DNA of 64,000 bases, taken from Alphaproteobacteria bacterium (GTDB lineage Bacteria; Pseudomonadota; Alphaproteobacteria; SHVV01). Position numbers and translations under genes: made by a program. The stretch is taken from the NCBI GenBank assembly GCA_965261735.1, contig OZ253470.1:896001-960000 (forward strand). The letters are read 5' to 3'. This document shows positions 58,177 to 64,000 of this stretch, in pieces (position 1 is the first letter of the stretch; each line of letters begins with the position of its first letter). Under the pieces are notes generated by a model. That model saw only the letters and a program-made list of their open reading frames with translations. It ran no database searches and was not told where the DNA came from.

Positions 58177-59301
58177 ATGGCGGAGGTTACGGAGCAGGCG
58201 GTGCTGGCGGCACTCGGTCGCGTTCCCGACCCCGAGCGCGGTGCCGACGTCGTCAGCCTCGGCATGATCTCGGGCCTGGCGGTACGGGACGGCCACGTTG
58301 GCTTTGCGATCGAGGTCGCGCCGGAGGAGGGCGCGGCGCGGGAGCCCCTGCGCCGAGCCTGCGAGGGGGCGGTCGACGCGCTGCCCGGCGTGCTGTCGGT
58401 TTCGGCCGTGCTCACCGCGCACAAGAGTACCGCCGCGAAGCAGCCGGCGCCCGCGGCCGTCGCGCCGGGCGGGCCGAGCGTGGCCGCCAAGCCGGCGCTC
58501 GAGGGCATCCGCGCGATCATCGCCGTGGCCTCGGCCAAGGGCGGCGTCGGCAAGTCGACGACGGCGGTCAACCTGGCGCTTGCGCTGCGCCACCAGGGCC
58601 TTGCCGTCGGCCTCATGGACTCCGATATTTACGGCCCCAGCGTCCCGCGCCTGCTCGGCGTGAGCGGCCGCCCGCAGTCGGCCGATGGACGTAAGATGCA
58701 GCCGCTCGAGGCGCACGGCCTGGTGTGCATGTCGATGGGCTTCCTCGTCGCCGAGGACACGCCGATGATCTGGCGCGGGCCGATGGTGATGAGCGCGGTC
58801 GAGCAGCTGTTGCGGGAGGTCGCGTGGGGCGAGCTCGACGTTTTGGTGATCGACCTGCCGCCGGGCACCGGCGATGCCCAGCTCACGATCGCCCAGCGGG
58901 TGCCGCTCACCGGCGCCGTCATCGTGTCGACGCCGCAGGACATCGCCCTGCTCGACGCGCGCCGCGGCCTCGCCATGTTCAACAAGGTCGACGTGCCGGT
59001 TTTCGGCATCATCGAGAACATGAGCTACTTCATCTGTCCCCACTGCGGTGGCCGCTCCGATATCTTCAGCCATGGCGGCGCACGGCGCACGGCCGAAGAA
59101 CTGGGTGCGGAGTTCCTGGGCGAGATCCCGCTCGACCTCGTGATCCGTGAAACCTCCGACGCCGGCGAGCCGATCGTCGCCGGCCAGCCGGACAGCCCGC
59201 AGGCTCGCACCTATCTCGCGATCGCCCAACGAATCACTGAGAAGATCGAGGAAGCGCTCAAAGAGGAGGCCCGCTCGGCCCCGCGCATCGTGGTGCAGTA
59301 G
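58177..59301 (+). CDS. mrp: Mrp/ApbC Fe-S cluster carrier ATPase
   Basis: KGGVGKST, DIYGPS, WRGPM, DLPPGTGD, CPHC. Confidence 0.93.
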   Translation: MAEVTEQAVLAALGRVPDPERGADVVSLGMISGLAVRDGHVGFAIEVAPEEGAAREPLRRACEGAVDALPGVLSVSAVLTAHKSTAAKQPAPAAVAPGGPSVAAKPALEGIRAIIAVASAKGGVGKSTTAVNLALALRHQGLAVGLMDSDIYGPSVPRLLGVSGRPQSADGRKMQPLEAHGLVCMSMGFLVAEDTPMIWRGPMVMSAVEQLLREVAWGELDVLVIDLPPGTGDAQLTIAQRVPLTGAVIVSTPQDIALLDARRGLAMFNKVDVPVFGIIENMSYFICPHCGGRSDIFSHGGARRTAEELGAEFLGEIPLDLVIRETSDAGEPIVAGQPDSPQARTYLAIAQRITEKIEEALKEEARSAPRIVVQ

Positions 59302-59347
59302 GGCGCGCGACCCGACGCCAACATCGGCGTCCGGTAGATCGGGATCG

Positions 59348-60301
59348 CTATTCCTCCCGCCCCAGCGCCGCCATCAGCTCGCGCCACTCGCGCTTGGACA
59401 GGCCGCTCTCCTCCTGGGTTAGGTCTTCGCCGGCGAGGAGGCGCTTGACGACTGCGAGGCCCTTGCCCGACAGGTTCGCGCCGCCCCTGACATGGTCTTC
59501 GAACGCAGCCGCGGTCAGCGGCACCCAGCGGTGCAGGGTCTCGATCATGGCTTCGGCATAGGCCCGAATCTCGTACTGGGCGTGAGCGTCCGCGCGCAGG
59601 CTCAGGAAGTGCATGAGGTTGTGCAGGTCGGTCTTCCAGTACCACTGCGTATAGAAGTTGAGGGAGAGGTTCATGCGCGCAAGCTCGCGCGCGAGGCCTT
59701 TGCGCGCGGAGTCGCGCTTGGCGCCGGCCTCGTCCTCGTTCAACATTTCCGCGTAGTCGGCGTAGGCGCGTGCGGCGTCCTCGCGGAGCAGCGCGAGCAC
59801 GCGCGCCGCCTCCTCGCCCTCGAGGAGCGTATCGCGGCCCTGGCGGTTGGCCGCGGCCTGGGCGCCGAGATGCTCGGGCGCCGGCACGTAGAACTCGTTG
59901 TCGAGGATCGAGTAGCGCGCCGAGTACTCGTTGACGTTGGCGGTGCGATGGCGGATCCACTGCCGGGCGACGAAGATCGGCAGCTTTACGTGATACTTGA
60001 TCTCGCACATCTCGAAGGGGGTGGTGTGGCGATGGCGCAGGAGGTAGTTGATGAGCCCCTTGTCCTCGCTCACGCGGCGCGTGCCACGGCCGTAGGAGAC
60101 CCGCGCGGCCTGGACCACGGCGCCATCGTCGCCCATGTAATCGACGACCCGGATAAAGCCGTGATCGAGCACGCGCGTCGCCTGATAGAGGATGTCTTCG
60201 AGGGCCGCCACGGTGGCGCGCCGCGTGGCGAAGGATTCGGCGCGCTGGGCGTCGATCTCGGCCTGGTGCTCGCCGCTCAGGTGCTTGTTGTCGCCCTCCA
60301 T
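59348..60301 (-). CDS. thyX: FAD-dependent thymidylate synthase
   Basis: [32 protein letters not shown]. Confidence 0.95.
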   Translation of the reverse strand: MEGDNKHLSGEHQAEIDAQRAESFATRRATVAALEDILYQATRVLDHGFIRVVDYMGDDGAVVQAARVSYGRGTRRVSEDKGLINYLLRHRHTTPFEMCEIKYHVKLPIFVARQWIRHRTANVNEYSARYSILDNEFYVPAPEHLGAQAAANRQGRDTLLEGEEAARVLALLREDAARAYADYAEMLNEDEAGAKRDSARKGLARELARMNLSLNFYTQWYWKTDLHNLMHFLSLRADAHAQYEIRAYAEAMIETLHRWVPLTAAAFEDHVRGGANLSGKGLAVVKRLLAGEDLTQEESGLSKREWRELMAALGREE

Positions 60302-60399
60302 GGCCCGCGCACTCTAGCCGCTCGCGCGAGGCGGCGCCACGGCGGCTGGCTCGCGCGAGCCACTTCCCATCGCCGCGCCAAAGCCCTATATTTAGAGAG

Positions 60400-60705
60400 C
60401 CGGGCAACCGGCTATGGCGATAAACGTTGTACGGAATAGGCGTAGCGGACCCGGGGGCAGTACCCGGCGCCTCCACCACAAGCGCACCGGCGCGAGATGC
60501 GCCACGAGAACGGGACAAGGTGCGTTTCTGATGGGGGCGAAACAGGATCGACGCGCGCGGTAAAGGTGCAATTTTTGCCCGGTATGATACCGCCGTTATC
60601 GGGTCAAAACCAAAACTGCCAATGATAACTCTATGGCACTCGCTGCTTAGTCTGACTAGGTAAGCGCGGTTCGGGGGGCACCGGGCAACAGAAGCCCCCC
60701 ACTTC
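60400..60705 (+). ncRNA. ssrA: tmRNA, two-piece circularly permuted alphaproteobacterial form
   Basis: Acceptor piece ends ...CCCGGCGCCTCCACCA (60478); coding piece starts GGGGGCGAAA (60533); tag ANDNSMALAA* at 60618-60650; outer ends approximate. Confidence 0.93.
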
Positions 60706-60846
60706 CCACAAACTCGAAGGGCCTGTGTCGCGGCCGGTGCGTATGCCCGAAGACGCGCCGGAAGCTCCACAAAAGAGCGTTGCCAGGCTCGGGCGGATGC
60801 GGTCTAGAATGGCCACAAGCCCGGATCGCCATTGAGACGCGCCGCC

Positions 60847-61320
60847 ATGAGCAAAGACCTGATGAACTACAAGGCCATGGTCGAGGGCGCGCTACGCGAT
60901 GTCGTGCGGGTCGCGCTGGCTCGCATCGCCGACAGCGGCCTGCCCGGCAACCACCATCTCTACCTCACCTTCCGCACGCGCTTCGCCGGCGTCCTGATGC
61001 CCGAATATCTGCGCCAGAAGCATCCCGAGGAAATGATCATCGTGTTGCAGCACCAGTTCTGGGGGCTGAGCGTCCACGACGACAGCTTCTCGATCACACT
61101 GAGCTTCAACAATGAGCGCGAGCTCCTCGCAGTACCCTTTGCCGCGGTCACCGGCTTCGTCGATCCGAGCGTCGAGTTCGGCCTCCAGTTCCACGCGGGG
61201 CCCGAGTCCGACGCGGCCGAGCAGCTGCCGGGCGCGCGCCAAGCCGAAACGGGCCAACCGTCCCCGTCGTCGGCCGAGGACGACAACGTCGTCGCCCTCG
61301 ACCGCTTCCGCAAGGAATGA
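60847..61320 (+). CDS. sspB: SspB-family ClpXP adaptor (alpha type)
   Basis: GLPGNHHLYLTFRT, IVLQHQFW, DPSVEFGLQF, VVALDRFRK. Confidence 0.9.
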   Translation: MSKDLMNYKAMVEGALRDVVRVALARIADSGLPGNHHLYLTFRTRFAGVLMPEYLRQKHPEEMIIVLQHQFWGLSVHDDSFSITLSFNNERELLAVPFAAVTGFVDPSVEFGLQFHAGPESDAAEQLPGARQAETGQPSPSSAEDDNVVALDRFRKE

Positions 61321-61399
61321 GGGCCGGGGCCGCAACCACGGCGCCACCCGAAGCGCGACGGCGCCAGTCGGGCGTCCGGCGTCGCGGCATCCGCCGTCG

Positions 61400-62041
61400 A
61401 TGAACCCGCTCCCCGTTGACACCGCGACGCTGGTCGCCTTCATCGCCGCGGTACTGGTGCTGGTGTTCTCGCCCGGCCCGGACTCGCTGCTGATCCTGCG
61501 CTACACGATGAGCTCGGGCCGGCGCGTCGGCCTCGCCACCGTGGGCGGCGTCCAGCTCGGACTCGCGCTCCACACCGCGGCGGCCGTGATCGGCCTCTCG
61601 CTGCTCATCGTCTCGATCCCGACCCTATTCCGGGCCCTCGCCGTGGCCGGGGCGCTCTATCTCGCCTGGCTCGGAATCCAGGGCCTGCGCGCCCGCGACG
61701 GCGGCCTCCAAAGTGCCGGCGCGCACGGAGCCATCGGGGCCGGCAAGGCGTGGCGCGACGCGATGCTGACCAACCTGCTCAACCCCAAGGTCATCCTCCT
61801 TTTCCTCGCCCTGATGCCCAACTTCGTCGAGCCTACGGCGGGCCGCGTGCCGGCGCAGCTCGCGACCCTCGGCGTCGCGTTGATCCTCGTCAACACGCTG
61901 TGGCAGACCCTGCTCGCCCTGGCCGTGGAAGCGGTGCGCCGGCTGCTCGGTAGGCCGGGGGCCGCCCGCGCGGTGTCGCGGGCCACGGGCGCCGTGCTCC
62001 TCGCCTTCGCCTTCTTCATGGTGGTCGAGCACGTGCTCTGA
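61400..62041 (+). CDS. LysE/RhtB translocator
   Basis: [21 protein letters not shown]. Confidence 0.9.
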   Translation: MNPLPVDTATLVAFIAAVLVLVFSPGPDSLLILRYTMSSGRRVGLATVGGVQLGLALHTAAAVIGLSLLIVSIPTLFRALAVAGALYLAWLGIQGLRARDGGLQSAGAHGAIGAGKAWRDAMLTNLLNPKVILLFLALMPNFVEPTAGRVPAQLATLGVALILVNTLWQTLLALAVEAVRRLLGRPGAARAVSRATGAVLLAFAFFMVVEHVL

Positions 62042-62118
62042 GGGCCCCGCGCCCGCGCGCGTCCGATGCGCTAGACTGGCGTGGAGTGCCGGCGCAGCGC
62101 CGGCCCACGGGGGGAATC

Positions 62119-63537
62119 ATGTGCGCCAAGCCAGTGGCTAAGCGGCCCAAGACCCGGATCGAATCCGACACCTTCGGCCCGATCGCGGTGCCCGCGGACA
62201 AGTACTGGGGCGCCCAGACCCAGCGTAGCAGCGAGAACTTCAGGATCGGCTGGGAGGCTATGCCGGCGCCGGTGATCCGGGCCTTCGCGATCCTCAAGCG
62301 CGCCTGCGCCGTGGTCAACATGGACCAGGGCGCACTCCAGAAGCGGATCGGTCGCGCCATCATGCGGGCCGCCGACGACATCCTCGCCGGGCGGCTCGAG
62401 GGCAACTTCCCGCTCGTGGTGTGGCAGACGGGCTCGGGCACCCAGTCCAACATGAACATGAACGAGGTCATCGCCAACCGCGCCATCGAGCAGCTCGGCG
62501 GGCGCAAGGGCGCGAAGACGCCGGTACACCCCAACGACCACGTCAATATGGGGCAGTCGTCCAACGACAGCTTCCCCACCGCCATGCATGTCGCGGCGGG
62601 CGAAGAGCTGGAACGCCGCCTGACCCCGGCGCTCAAGCACCTGCAGCGCGGCCTCGACCGCAAGGCCCGGGCATGGCGCAACATCATCAAGATCGGGCGC
62701 ACCCACACCCAGGATGCGACCCCGCTCACCCTCGGCCAGGAGTTCTCGGGCTATGCGACCCAGGTCGCCTATGGGCTCGACCGGGTGCGCGCGACTCTAC
62801 CGCGCCTCTACCAGCTCGCGCAGGGCGGCACCGCGGTCGGCACGGGCCTCAACGCGCGCGTTGGTTTCGACAAGAGGGTGGCGCGCGAAATCCGGCGCTT
62901 CACGGGGCTCCCCTTCGTCACCGCGCCCAATAAGTTCGAGGCGTTGGCCGCCCACGACGCGGTGATCGAGGCCTCCGGCGCGCTCAACGTCATCGCCGCG
63001 AGCCTCATGAAGATCGCCAACGACATCCGCTTCCTGGGTTCGGGGCCGCGCAGCGGCCTCGGCGAGCTGATCCTGCCGGAAAACGAGCCCGGCTCCTCGA
63101 TCATGCCGGGCAAGGTCAACCCGACCCAGGCCGAGGCGCTGACGCAGGTGTGCGCGCAGGTCATGGGCAACCACGTCACCATCACGGTCGCCGGCTCGCA
63201 GGGGCATTTCGAGCTCAACGTCTTCAAGCCGGTGATGATCTACAACCTGCTGCAATCGATTCGCCTGCTCGCCGACGCGTGCGTGAGTTTTCAGGACAAC
63301 TGCGTCGCCGGTATCAAGCCCAACAGGGCGCGCATCAAGGAGCTCATGAACAACTCGCTGATGCTGGTAACCGCGCTCGCTCCTCACATCGGCTACGACA
63401 ACGCGGCCAAGATCGCCAAGACGGCGCACCGCGATGGCACGACACTGGTCGAGGCCGCGCACAAGCTCAACCTGGCGACGAAGGATCAGTTCGCGCGATG
63501 GGTGCGGCCCGAAGACATGATCGGCCCGAGCAGCTGA
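62119..63537 (+). CDS. fumC: Class II fumarate hydratase
   Basis: [31 protein letters not shown]. Confidence 0.97.
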   Translation: MCAKPVAKRPKTRIESDTFGPIAVPADKYWGAQTQRSSENFRIGWEAMPAPVIRAFAILKRACAVVNMDQGALQKRIGRAIMRAADDILAGRLEGNFPLVVWQTGSGTQSNMNMNEVIANRAIEQLGGRKGAKTPVHPNDHVNMGQSSNDSFPTAMHVAAGEELERRLTPALKHLQRGLDRKARAWRNIIKIGRTHTQDATPLTLGQEFSGYATQVAYGLDRVRATLPRLYQLAQGGTAVGTGLNARVGFDKRVAREIRRFTGLPFVTAPNKFEALAAHDAVIEASGALNVIAASLMKIANDIRFLGSGPRSGLGELILPENEPGSSIMPGKVNPTQAEALTQVCAQVMGNHVTITVAGSQGHFELNVFKPVMIYNLLQSIRLLADACVSFQDNCVAGIKPNRARIKELMNNSLMLVTALAPHIGYDNAAKIAKTAHRDGTTLVEAAHKLNLATKDQFARWVRPEDMIGPSS

Positions 63538-63562
63538 CGGCCGTTCAGCGCCCAAACCCGGC

Positions 63563-63778
63563 ATGACATCGGAGATCGGCAAGCACTCGCTCGTCCTCGC
63601 CGGCCACCGCACCAGCGTCTCGCTCGAGGGGCCGTTCTGGCGCGAGCTCACGCGCATCGCGGCGAGCCGCGGCGTATCGGTAACCCGGCTCGTGGCCGAC
63701 ATCGACCGGACCCGCGACGGTAACCTTTCGAGCGCGATCCGTGTCTTCGTGCTGGCCACGGTCAAGGCCGGCGGCTGA
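63563..63778 (+). CDS. Ribbon-helix-helix domain protein
   Basis: GHRTSVSLE..FW..NLSSAIRVFVL. Confidence 0.85.
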   Translation: MTSEIGKHSLVLAGHRTSVSLEGPFWRELTRIAASRGVSVTRLVADIDRTRDGNLSSAIRVFVLATVKAGG

Positions 63779-63798
63779 GCCGGCCGCCCTGCCGCGTC

Positions 63799-64000
63799 CT
63801 ACTGGCCCTTGCCGAGGGCACCACCGAGCAGGCCGCGCAACAGCTTCCCGGCGGCACCACCGCCACCGCCGTCATCGCCGCCGAGCGCCTTGTCGAGGAT
63901 CGCGCCGGTGACGCGCTGCGCGAGATAGGCCTTGATCTCGCGGCTCTCGATCTCGCGCCGCGGCGCATCCAGCGAGCCCGAGAGTTGCAGGCCGACCGCC
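63799..64000 (-). CDS. C-terminus of a probable AsmA-family protein (partial)
   Basis: VGLQLSGSLDAPRREI...LLRGLLGG..GQ*; runs off window. Confidence 0.5.
   Translation of the reverse strand, partial: AVGLQLSGSLDAPRREIESREIKAYLAQRVTGAILDKALGGDDGGGGGAAGKLLRGLLGGALGKGQ

Overview
GC-rich alphaproteobacterial chromosome segment (two-piece permuted tmRNA, alpha-type SspB). It has two very different halves, split at a tRNA-Lys(CTT) gene at 40.9-41.0 kb. The left ~41 kb is an accessory, decaying region. It holds a 3.2-kb IS1-family transporter element (21-bp perfect TIRs, 8-bp TSD) carrying a HigB/HigA-ImmA/unknown cargo, a collapsed prophage (cI/cro/Sak intact), a trehalose/glucokinase operon and a broken ABC-export operon. 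It also holds an IS1595 nested inside an IS3, an IS1182, a flavin/F420-type oxidoreductase cluster, a pseudogenised small-LanB/PEARL-type gene upstream of TauD, an unannotated UGA-recoded (selenocysteine, UxxC) peroxiredoxin-like gene, DddP-like and B12 radical-SAM genes, and a terminase remnant next to the tRNA. The right ~23 kb is intact core genome: rodA-mrdA-mreDCB, leuA with a Leu leader peptide, ilvCHI, miaA, serB, degP/Q, hflCK, mrp, thyX, ssrA, sspB, lysE and fumC. All family assignments are from motifs read by eye; no database searches were run.
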